Source of the DNA: Neocallimastix sp. 'constans'
Taxonomy: Eukaryota
Assembly (NCBI GenBank): GCA_050613775.1
Contig: JBODTK010000128.1
Span: forward strand, 434,001 to 485,272
Length of the DNA: 51,272 bases
Direction of reading: 5' to 3'
A program made the position numbers and the translations under genes. The notes below the pieces were generated by a model. The model saw only the letters and a list, made by a program, of their open reading frames with translations, had not been told where the DNA came from and did not search any database. This document shows, in pieces, positions 38,915 to 51,272 of the stretch; the first letter of the stretch is position 1; each line of letters starts with the position of its first letter.

Positions 38915-39703
38915 TAATACAGAATGAACAAATAATACTAATTGTGCTAGAATAATATAAATTATTCTAACATTATAGATTATTCTATTCTATATAATTG
39001 GAACTTTCCAATATTCTTCAAATATTACTAAATAGAAATCTTAAGTTAATAAATCACTAATTAACTTATAATTCCTTTTTTGAATTATCGATCCGATTCC
39101 ATTATAATGTATTAAAAATCTTTAGCCAAGAATATTGTCCTTGCCCACTTAATATATTAATATTATATTTCTTTTGTATTATGTTATATCGAAAATAATC
39201 AAATCTATTTAATTAGTTATTAAAATTTTCGTTATCAATTTAAATTTATTTTTAATTACTAAATTTAACTAAACCACAATAAAATATTCTGTATAATCTC
39301 TTTATTTTTATTTTATATATATTAGTATTAAACTATTATTAAATAATTAATAATTCAATAATATATAACTACTATTTATAACAATAATATTATTAACTAA
39401 AATAATAATTCAATTTCAATTTAAATGTTTCATTTATAAAAATAATTAGTAATTAGTTTATTAAAAAAATAGTTAGGCTTTACAAATTTTAATTTGATAA
39501 AAAAATATAAATACATGTAATTTTAGTGAAATAAAATATAATCAATAACTTTCTTTTTATTAAATAAATAATTATATTATTATTTTTCTTTTATAAATTT
39601 AAATAAATAAATATTGATTTTAAAACAAATTATTTTTTTTTATTGTAATTTTATTATTTGTGTTAATTATTATTATATTCCTAAAATTATATGAACCATA
39701 CCA
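38915..39703 (+). repeat. 3' LTR
   Basis: 789 bp; no differences from the 5' LTR seen by eye. Confidence 0.95.
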
Positions 39704-40193
39704 CTTATGATAAGAATGTACTAAATAATGCATTCTTAATTAAATCTACGATTTATTTCTAATACATTATGTGTACATTATTATTTTTGTACTTTAATAA
39801 ATTTTTAAATCCAAAGATCAAAAATTAAATCAAAAATTATATTAAACTTTATATTTTTATATTAAATCTTATATTAATAGTAATATTTTTATATATTTAA
39901 AACTTATATTAGCAATATTAATAATAAATCTTATTTTTTTATTTTTATATTAATAATGAAAATTTGTATTAATAATATTTTTATATATTGATAATTAAAA
40001 ATTTATATATTATATTTTAACTTTTATTATAAAATTTTATATCGAAATGTTTTATTTTATATTGAAAAATATTTTATTTTATTAAAAACCTTTATATTAG
40101 AATAGTATTTTTATTTTTATTTGAATATTTTAACAGATTGTAATAAAAATTATAGCCAATTAAATAAATTCTTATTAGTAATATTTTAGATAG

Positions 40194-40233
<40 letters not shown>

Positions 40234-42299
40234 GTTTTATTAATATTATAAATGTATTTTATTTATATTGTTATAATTAAATTTTATATAATTGATTATA
40301 AAAATCAATTTAAATTTAATACTTTTTATAAAAAAAAAAAAAATAAAAATAAAATGTAATTTAGTGGCAAGAACAACTTTTATGCCTTGAAAAAAAGTAT
40401 AAATAGTTGTAAATTTTGCTACCAATTTTTAAAAATCAAATAAAATCAAATAAATTTATAAATAAAAATAATAAATAAATAAATAAAATTTGTGTTTCTT
40501 ACTTTATTTTTATTTAATTCTCTAAAACCTTAACACTTAAATTAATAAATGAAATTTAAAATTATAAATTAGAACTTAAATTATTTAAATTTATATTTAT
40601 TAAATATGAAATTAAATAATTTAGTTACAAAAATTTCGCCAAATCTGTTATTGTTAAATTTTTATTTATTTAAATAGTATAGTTTAATATTATTAATAGT
40701 TTTTAGTTTAATTTTAAATTAGTTAAAATATTTAAATAGTTATAATAAAAAATAGTTAATTAGAAAATTATACTATAATTAGTTTTAGTTTAAATATTTT
40801 ATTATTTTATAAAATTAATTATTATTAATATTTAAATTGAATATATGTAAATTAAATTAATTTAATATATTAGAATATAATTAAGAAAAAATATAAATAT
40901 TGTAAATTTTCTTTAATTGAAAAAATGTAATTGTTATTTTTTTTATAATTTGATAGTTCATAACATAATAAGAACTATTTAATAAAAGATTTTTAATAAA
41001 CCAAATATTTTTAATAAAAAAGAATTTATTTATAATAGTGTTTTTGTATTATTATAATCTGTTTTAACATAAAACACTTTATAAAATAATTAAGAAATGA
41101 GGAATGACCAAATGAAATAATCAGAATTCTGTCATTCAATAAATTAATTTATAAAGCATATTAAATTTATACAGTTTTAATAAATATTCAAATACAATGT
41201 ATAATTTATAGTTTTATCATTATAATTATTATTTTGTTTAATAATTTTTAAAAAAAAAAAGAATTATTATTAATAAAATTTATATTTTTAATAACATTGT
41301 AATTTTATATAATTTTTTTATTAATAAAATTTAAATAAAAAAATTATTATTATTATTAGTTTTATATTTTTAGTAACATTTAAGTAAAAGAATTATTATT
41401 AATAACATTTATATTTTTATGTGTTTTTTTTATTAATAACATTTAAGTAAAATAATTATTATTAATAACATTTATATTTTTATATAATTTTTTTATTAAT
41501 AACATTTAAATAAAAGAATTAAAATCATAAAATCTAACCATTATATGATTTATTTAATTATTCACTTAATAATTAATTTAAAAATTGAAGTAACAAAATA
41601 ATACAATAAAATAATATTATGTAGTGCAAAATAGATAAAGCCACATATTTATATATGTCACGTGAAATAAATTGGCGTAATGCGGGAGTATTGCATTTCG
41701 ACATAATTTATGTTTGATCATTTATTCATGTATTACAATGTGGCTTGTAAAAATAAATGAATAGGAATAGGGTTAAATTTATTTTTATTTTTATTTTTAT
41801 TTTTTTTTTTTTTTAATTTTAAAAACATTTACAGTAAAAAAATATATATATATAATAAAGTAAATAAAAAATAAATAAAAAATAAAAAAAATAAATAATA
41901 AAGTAAAATAAAAAATATAAAAAAATAAATAATAAAGTAAAATATAATATATAAAAAAAAAGAATAATAAAGTAAAATATAAAATATAAAAAAAAGAATA
42001 AAGTAAAATAAAAAATAAAAAAAAATAAATAATAAAGTAAAATAAAAAATAAAAAAAAAATAAATAATAAAGTAAATTATAAAATATAAAATAAAAAAAA
42101 GTAAAATATAAAATAAAAAAAAAAGTATAAAATAAAATATAAGATAAGAAAAAATAAATAATAAAGTAAAATATAAAATAAAAAATAAAAAAAAAAAAAA
42201 AAAAGAATAAAATAAAATATAAGATAAAAAAAAATAGATTAAAACAAAAAAAATTAAAATATAAAAAATAAAACTTTTAATTTAAAATATTTATAATAA

Positions 42300-43750
42300 A
42301 TGGATGATCAATTAGAAATAAATGAAACTAATAAAGAAAAAAACCAAATCATTGTAAATAGAAAATATAAATTTAATTTATAGTATATAACGAATAATAC
42401 AAAAATATTCCAATGTACTAAATGTAAAACAGTTAAAAAATGTAAATCTTACATTATTCTAAATGATAATAATAAAGTAATAAAATATGAAAACAAACAT
42501 ACTCATCCAGGAAAAGAATATGATGCATCTGTATCAATAGTAAAACATAAAATGAAAAATAAAATTAGAAAAACCTCAATCCCATTTGATAAATCCAAAA
42601 CATATATAATGAAATATTTGAAGAAATTGGATTGATATGCCCTGAATATTATTCAATTAAATCCCAAATATCAAGATATATTAAAAAAAAAAAACAACTA
42701 CCTTCTGAAATATCAAAATTTAATGAAATTCCAGATAAATCTGAATATTATATAAACGAAAGAGATGAAAATTTTATGATATACAAAAATTTTAATATTA
42801 TAATTTTTCAATCATCATTCCCCATTCCAAACAGAATTGATTATAAAATACAACGAACATATGTTTGCTGATGGTACATTTTATATTGCACCAATATTTG
42901 GTTATCAAGTGTTTATAACAAGAGTATTTGCTCCAGAAATAAATAGTTTTTATACTACATCACTATCTATATTAAATAATAAAGAACAACCAATCTATGA
43001 ATTGTTATTTGAAGAATTAAAAAAGAATGAAAGTAATTATAATAATAATATTATAAGTAATTATAATAATAAAATTATAGTTATACCAAAAATTTTGCAT
43101 TGTGATTTTGAAAAAAGTATATCCAATGCTTCCATTAAAATATTTCATAATATTACTATTAAATATTGTGTATGGCATTATAAAAGATCGTTTGAAGTTC
43201 AAAAAAATAAATTATGTTATAATGAAGTTGAAAATAATCATAAAATTTATTTGTTATATAAAGCTATTACAAATTTTCCTTTTATAAATCCTGAATATAT
43301 ATTTGATATTTATAATTATATTAAAATTATATGTCAAATATATAATTATTTAAATTTTTTAATTTTTTTGGAATATTTTAATAAGACTTATTTATATAAA
43401 TATGATATTCAATATTGGAATTATTATAACGATATAAACCACATAACAAATAATGCTTCAGAATCTTTTAACAATTACTTAAAAAAATTGTTTTACAAAA
43501 AACCTTCTTTCTATGAATTGATTTATCATTTAAAAAGAGAAAAATCTTTATCTTACAATAATTGCAAAAGGAAAATTGAAGGAGTTTGGAAAAAAAAAAA
43601 AAAAAAAAGAAGAATATTAACAAAAACTGATGAAATCAATGATTTCATTAAAAAATACAAAAAAAAAGGAATCCGATTAATTGATAAAAAATGTGAAAAA
43701 ATGATATCATTGATTTATGATATAAATGTTTAATAGAATTAAATACACTC
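42300..43750 (+). pseudogene. MULE transposase pseudogene 2
   Basis: Paralogue of 30474-31897: FQCTKCKTVKKCKS...HTHP, MFADGTF, LHCDFEKSI, CVWHY, TNNASES. Stop at 42381 and several frameshifts. Confidence 0.9.
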
Positions 43751-43799
43751 TAAATATATGAATAATAATTAACTAGAATGTTTATAGTTTAAATTATAT

Positions 43800-43920
43800 T
43801 TATATCAATATCAATATATTTTATTAATATCAATATCAATATATTTTATTAATATCAATGTCAAAATATTTCATTAATATCAATATCAAAATATTTCATT
43901 AATATCAATATCAATATTTA
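43800..43920. repeat. Subterminal ~23-25-bp tandem repeat in MULE 2
   Basis: ATCAATATCAATATTTTATTAAT-like unit, about 5 copies. Confidence 0.7.
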
Positions 43921-44771
43921 GATTTTATTAATAATAAATATTTAATATTATAATAAATTTTATTTTATTATTAAATTAATTTAATAATAAAATATATAAT
44001 TTATTTTATTTGAATAAAATAAAATGGAAAGGTTTTATTATTAAAATATTTAATAATAAAATATAATAATAAAATAAAATTAAAAAAAAATAAAAATAAA
44101 ATAAAATTCTCAACAGAAAACTTATTTATTCTTTTTTTGTTTTTATTTTATTTTTTTAATGCTTAAATACATTTATTCTTTTATTTATTCTTTTTTTGTT
44201 TTTATTTTTTTTTTTTTAATGTTAAAAAACAATAAATAAAAATATACGTTGAAAATAGTGGCGTATTACATATATTATACACATCGTACAAAATTTTATG
44301 ATGATTATACATAAATTATGTCGAAATGCTTCACATTCTAGTTTTAGCATAAAATTTAACATATTAACAAAAAATTCAAACGATATAAAAATACTAAAAT
44401 TTACAAATAATATTTTTATATATCATTTGAGGAATAATAGATACTTAATATTATAATTATACTATTTATTTATTCATATTATTTTATATATTTATTTATT
44501 ATGTAATTTATTATATCCATATTATTTTATATATTTATTTATTATGTAATTTATTATATTTACATTTATGTTTTATGTAAATCGGTTATAAGTTTATTTT
44601 ATGTTATATAAATTTATGTTAACAATCCTTTTAAATATTTTGTGCAACCTGATGTGTTCCCGTGATATATGTTCTATATATATCATGAATGTAATATTCA
44701 CTTTTCTACCTGTATATACTAAATAAAATATATTAATGAAGTTTCCATAATTAAACTCTTAATAATTATTT

Positions 44772-44813
<42 letters not shown>

Positions 44814-44966
44814 TTTGGTTTTAATACACCAATATTATTGTTTATATTAATTATTGATTATTTATTTATTTATTTATTTATTGTTTATTTATTTATTTAT
44901 TTATTTATTGTTTATTTATTTATTTATTACTATCAGTTGTTATTTATTATTAACTTGTTACATTTT

Positions 44967-45006
<40 letters not shown>

Positions 45007-46566
45007 AATTTTATTTATTCATTTATTCAATCATTCATTCATTTATTTATTCATCTATTTATTGATGTATATATTATTAACTGGTTATATTTATCAAAAA
45101 ATTTATTTAAGATTTTATTTATTTAAAAATATATTTGTTAATTATTATTATTTATATTATTATTAACTTTGTATATTCATTATACAATTATAAATTTTAT
45201 ATAAAATATGATTTTGTTTAATTATATATTAAAATATAAATTAAACTCATAATTCAATAATTCTATTTTTTCATCATTTTTTTATTCATTCATTTTTTTT
45301 ACACAAAAAATTATTTAAATTAATTTGATCATTTATTATAATTATAATTAAATATTTTTTTTTTTGAATTTTTGAATTTTTGAATTTCTGATATATTATT
45401 ATTATTTTAAATTTAATAAATTTTATGATTTATACTAATTACAATTATAATTTCAAATTTATATTCCTAAAATTTTAATAATATATATTATAATATAATA
45501 TTATATATATTATAATATTATATATTATTATTAATATATTACTGTTGATATAATTATTACTGTACATTCACTCTGAACATACATATATTATTATGACAAT
45601 AATAAATAATTTGTAAAATAATATATATTTTATAATATTGTATAATAATATTATTTTTTACCTTTCCAACAACAAAAAGAAAAAAATCTTTAATTTTTAA
45701 ACATTATTATTAAATTATTAAATTAAATTGCAAGTAAATTTTTTATAATATACGTTAATTTAATCTTCAAATTTTAAAAATTGTTAATAATTAAAACTTT
45801 ATGATATAAATTCTTGACAATTTAATATTATATTCAGATAATATGTTAAATTTTAAATAGTTTTAATACCTTAATTTTTTAATACGAAAATTATTTCACA
45901 TTAAACTTTAATTGGTAATAATTGATTTTAGGTTATAATTCCATTTTAACCACTAGAAAATTCTTAAATGTTTAATATATTTTGAATATATAAACTATAT
46001 ATTATTTTCTAATATTTAATGGAAATATTTTTTTTTTCAAAAAAAAAAAAAATAATAAAAATAATAATCATATAACTTTTTTATAGTTGTATTTTTTTTT
46101 TTTTTTTAACATTGTTAATATTATTGTTATTTATTTATTTATTGTCTATTTTTAAATATTAATAAAGGTACTATGAGTATAAATGTTTAAAGATTAAAAT
46201 AATTTATATTGAAAAAATTTAAAATAATAAATTTTTTAAATATAAATAATTATATTATTACGAAATAAAATAAAGACATCATCATTATTAACAAAAAATA
46301 ATCATTAAAAGTATAACTAATTTAAATATAATAAAAAAAGCAATTGAAAGATATAACTATTAACAAGAAAATATAATCAATATTTTCTATAATTATAATA
46401 TGCATAAATATTTAACAGAAAAATTCATATACATATTAATATAAAAAATTTCCTCCTTATAAAGGTATATTATTAATTAAAAGTTCTACTATTATTATTA
46501 TTGTTACAGTTATAATATATCAAATTATTTAGTTTGTCTTATATATTCATATTTAGTGTAATTAAT

Positions 46567-46638
<72 letters not shown>

Positions 46639-46841
46639 TATTTTAACTCTAGAGGAGAAATTGATATAACTATCTTTTGAATAAAATACATATACCTAAT
46701 ACTTTATTGTTTTTAATTTAAAAAAAAAATATTTTTATCGTTATTACTATTGTTGTTACTATTATTTTTTGCTTTTATTTTTTATTTAATTATCAGACAA
46801 GTGGGTTTATACTAATATCAATTAGAAATACGAAGTACATC

Positions 46842-48146
46842 ATGGGTAGAAAAAAAATTACTATAAAAAAAATTACAGATGAAAGAAACCGTCAAGTAAT
46901 TAAATATAATAGTTTCAATATATATATTAATTATATATAATGTTTTAAATATTAATTTTCTTTAAATAAGGTCACTTTTTCAAAAAGAAAATTTGGTTTG
47001 ATGAAAAAGGCTTATGAATTATCAGTTCTTTGTGGTTGTGAAATTGGATTAATAATGTTTACAGGTAGTCATTAATAAAGAAAAATTATCATTCCGAATA
47101 GTATAAATTAATAGATAAATTAGATTTATTAATACAAATTATAAATATAAAAATAAATAAATATATTTATATATATATATATAAATTAAGCAAATAATAA
47201 GCTATTTCAATATGCTTCATCTGATATGGATAGAATTTTACTTAGATATACTGAATACAATGAACCGCATGAAAGTCGAACAAACGAAGATATCGTAAAA
47301 GTATTAAAAATTTTTATTTTATTAATAATATTATTATATTGTATTCTAATTATATACAGATATAAAATTTTAGTTTATTTATTATGCATTCATCTTAATG
47401 AGATTTATAATTAATTAATAAGCAACTTTATGTATGAACTCTTATTATTAACAATATTTGTATTTTATGATTTAATTTTTATAAGATCTTGAAGAAAGGT
47501 TCGCCGGAAGAAAATGAAGAATATGAAAAAACCCAATTCAAAAAGGAATCAACTTCTCAAACTCAAAATATTAAAAGTCCTAGTCAAGTATGTATTAATT
47601 TTTTTTATGTATTAATTATTAATTTTTAATTAAATGATTATTTATGTATAAAATAGTATATATATACTAGTACCCCTACCTCAGCCAGTGATAATTATAA
47701 GAAAATAGAGCAAGGATTTAATCAATATCTTTCTCCTGGAAATAATATAAGAACGGCATATTATTCGGTAAATATACTATATAATATGCCTTTAATAATA
47801 TGTATTATTAATTAAACTTTATCTTTTTTTTTTTTTTAAATTAATGAAAATAAATTTAAATTACAATTAATAAATAAAGCCACCAATAATTGCACCACCA
47901 CAGTATAGTCAGCTATCACCACCATGGATAAATACAACATTAAATGTGCCAATGGATATGAATATGGTTCCAAAAAGTTTATATACAAATAACAGTAATG
48001 GTGGGCTCCCAGCTTTAAATGTTAATATTAATAATAACCCTGAAAATGGTCCATTAGGTAGTATTAATAATGGATTGTCATTATCACCACCTCTATCAGC
48101 ACAACAACCAAATCCACAAACTCAGTTATTTAATGGGCAATTTTAA
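46842..48146 (+). CDS. MEF2-type MADS-box transcription factor (RLM1/SMP1-like), about 6 exons
   Basis: [84 protein letters not shown]; Pro/Asn-rich tail. Confidence 0.93.
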
Positions 48147-48845
48147 AGATTTAAAAATCTGCCATAATTATTATTATTATTATTAATCTTAATTTATGTG
48201 AATATATATCTAAGCATTAAAAATATATATATAAATTATTTATAATCATAATAGAAAAAAAATAATAATAAAAAATAATAAAAATTAAACTTTATTTATT
48301 AAGATCTATTTAATTAATTATTTTCATTCATTTACTATTTATTATAATTTTTTAAATGCTATAAAAACACATAATTTTTTTTTTTCTTTTTTTTTTTTTT
48401 TTTTATTAATTTATTTAAAAGAGAAAAAATACTAATAATAATAATAATTAAAAATTAAAGGTTTTAAATTAAATTTAATAAATTTATTAATTTTTATTAA
48501 ATCCATTTTTTTTTTTTTTTTTTTTAATTTATTGAAAAATTAATTAATTTGAAAATTTAGCTAATAACTTCATAAAATTTTTAATAATATACTTAATAAA
48601 AATAAATAATAAAATAATATAGAAAAATAAAAAAATAAAAAAAAAAATTAAAATTTAAAATTCTTAAAATTTTAAATAAAAAAATATTTTTATATTTTAA
48701 TAACACGTAAACATTGATCATATTTAATAATCTTTGTATTTAAAATTAAAATCTTAAAATATATACTGTATTTATATTTGCTATATCTACATTATAAAAG
48801 TATAAAAATCATTAATGATAATAGAAGTTAATTCAAAAAAATATT

Positions 48846-51188
48846 ATGGAACCAATAACACAGGGAACGTGCAAAGATTTTACCTTTAAATATTATAATA
48901 ATTATTTATTGAAGAATGCATTAAGAAAAGAAGGTGCTTTAAACGAAAACCAAAATAATTTTATTACGAGTAATGTACAAGTTGGAATTGAAAATAGCAA
49001 GAATTCAAAAAATAATAATAAAAATGTACTAAATTATAATAATAATTTTAAATATAAGATATATGAAGAAAATTTATTGAAAGAAATTTTAAATAATAAT
49101 TTAAATTCAGCAAATATTGATTTAAATCTTAATCAAAATAATGTCATTGATAATACCAATATTAATACTATTAATAATAATGATTCATTTGAATTATTAT
49201 CTTTAAAAATTAATAATATATATAGCAAAAATAATTTAATTGAAGAATCTTTAAATAATTACTCATTAAATAATCATACTACTGATAAAAACCCAAATAA
49301 AATTTTTAAAAATTATACTGAAAATATGAATAATTCGTTTTCAAATATGGATTCAAATCAATTTGATATTTCAAGTCAGAATATTTATAAAAATAAAATA
49401 GATTTAAATATAAATAATTTTGAAGGTTGTCTGTTCAATTCTCAAGATAAATCAATTACCTCAAATAATAAAAATTTTAATTACTTAAATTCTGAAAAAA
49501 TGTATAATATTAGTGATATGAATGAAATATATAAGAACAATTTTAATCTTTATAAAGAAAATCAAATTTTTACTAAAATATATAATAAAGAAAATATTAA
49601 TCAATTTTTAACTGAAGATAAAGTATTTGAAAATTCAAATGAAGACCCAAATTCAAAAGAAAACCTAAAAAAAATAGAAGAACAAATTACTTCATTGTTA
49701 TTTTCTTCCCAAAAATTAAATAATACAGATAATAAAAACAGCTTTGAAACTGATAGTAAAGAATTAAAAGTTATATTAGAGAATGATAATAATAAGAATA
49801 ATAAAATGAATAGTGTAAATAAAAATTTTGATAAGAAAGATAATAAAATTAATAAGAAAAAATCTGGAACTTCTATGCAGTTAAAAGGAAAACCATCCCT
49901 TTCAAGATTAATAAGTCAACTTGATTCAATGGTTGAAAAGGATAATAATAATTATAATTTAGTTAATTCTAAAAGCAAAGAAAATAATAATATACCAAAA
50001 AGTACATATAAATCTAATGTAAGTATTTCTATTTGTTTGTTTGTTTGTTCATTCGTTCATTTATTTGTTCATATTTTATTTTTCATTGAATTATTTAATA
50101 TTTTATATTATTTAATATAATTGAAAATTTATGTAACTTTTGGAAATTCAAATGAAATAATTTATTGATTAATCAAAATTATAGGATGGTCCAAAATGTT
50201 ACAAACATTCATTAAATAATAAAAAAAGCATAGAAGGAATTCATAATTTTAATCATGTCAAGAATACATTGCATAATAAGCCATTATATCAAGAAACAAT
50301 AGTTAAATCATCAAAATCGCAATATATAAATAATACCAAAGAATTAATTCAAAATGATTATGAAAATTCAGAATTAAACAAATCAGATAGTAATTTATTT
50401 ATTCAGAATAATAATATTTTAAATAATGATAATGAAGTAAGATTCACAGAAAAAAAATATATAAATAATAATGAAAGTATTAAGTTTAAGAATTATAAAA
50501 GAAAATCATTTGATGATAACAAAATACGTGTAAGAAATAATTTAGAATATAATAAAAAACATTTACTAAATCATAGATATTCTATTGCTAATATGAAAAC
50601 AACTGAAAGAACATGTACTTTTGAATTTTATGATGAACTTACTGAAGAAATAAATAAAATAGTAAATAAAATTAAAGCGAAACCAAATGATCTTAAAAAA
50701 AGAGAAAATCTATTTAATTATATAAAACTTGTTGCAAAAAAAATATTTCCTAGTAAGAAATTATTTTAATTAATAATAAAACAAAAAACTCTAAATATAA
50801 GTAATTTTTATTTAATATTTCAAAAATTCTTATTTTAAATATAGATTCTAAAGCATATAAATATGGTTCTATTGAAAATGGATTCTCGCTAACAAATGGT
50901 GATATTGATATTTGTATATTAAATAATAAAGAATTTAATAATACACCAGCCGAATGTGTTGAAATATTAGGAGAGAAACTTAAAGAAGGTAACAAATAAT
51001 AATTTTTATTAATAATGTAATAATAATTAATAATAATAAATAATGAATAACAATAATTTATAGATGGTATAAACGATATTAAATTATTAATCAGAGCTCG
51101 AGTACCTATTATAAAAATGAAAGATAATAAAAGGTAAATACATTTATTTAAAATTTAAGTTTTCATATTATAATTTGATTTATTATTA

Positions 51189-51219
<31 letters not shown>

Positions 51220-51226
51220 TAATATA

Positions 51227-51257
<31 letters not shown>

Positions 51258-51272
51258 CTTTATCAATCATTA
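48846..51272 (+). CDS. Cid1/TENT-family terminal nucleotidyltransferase (poly(A)/poly(U) polymerase), 3' end outside the window
   Basis: Long Asn-rich N-terminus, then exons encoding YKYGSIENGFSLTNGDIDICI (GS plus DxD) and LLIRARVPIIKMKD. Confidence 0.8.

Larger units (their letters stand above)
32686..39703 (+). mobile_element. Intact Ty3/gypsy (Metaviridae) LTR retrotransposon, 7018 bp
   Basis: Two 789-bp LTRs, TSD CTTA(T), PBS, PPT, gag, and pol in PR-RT-RH-IN order. Confidence 0.97.
28518..41682 (+). mobile_element. Putative Mutator-like (MULE) element 1 with nested SINE and Ty3/gypsy insertions (right boundary tentative)
   Basis: Left TIR-like GAATGTGGTTCATTTCGCCAATTT at 28518; inverted partial match AAATTGGCGTAATGC ending at 41682; transposase pseudogene inside. 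No TSD found. Confidence 0.45.
41693..44329 (+). mobile_element. MULE element 2 with terminal inverted repeats
   Basis: GCATTTCGACATAATTTATGT (41693-41713) and its exact reverse complement (44309-44329). Exact outer ends are uncertain (possibly 41683-44338). Confidence 0.8.

Overview
Extremely AT-rich, intron-rich eukaryotic DNA, most consistent with an anaerobic gut fungus (Neocallimastigomycota; inferred from composition, short GT-AG introns and gene content). Host genes: a protein O-mannosyltransferase (PMT), a very large acidic EEAPV-repeat protein, RFC1, a Myb/SANT-domain protein, a MEF2-type MADS-box factor and the 5' part of a Cid1/TENT-type nucleotidyltransferase. The rest is a mobile-element landscape: a decayed ADE8/purN copy interrupted by a poly(A) retroposon, copia and gypsy remnants, two MULE transposase pseudogenes with related terminal inverted repeats (TIRs), a dispersed satellite, and a full-length tRNA-derived SINE. 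An intact Ty3/gypsy element has apparently identical LTRs, a -1 frameshift pseudoknot and a structured 5' leader. The best leads are (i) the chromodomain-less Ty3/gypsy element inserted about 14 nt upstream of the SINE's tRNA-like Pol III head, as expected for Pol III-directed targeting, and (ii) a roughly 90-bp plant-like poly(A)-binding-protein fragment held between perfect 28-bp inverted repeats. All exon boundaries and homologies were read by eye; no searches were run.
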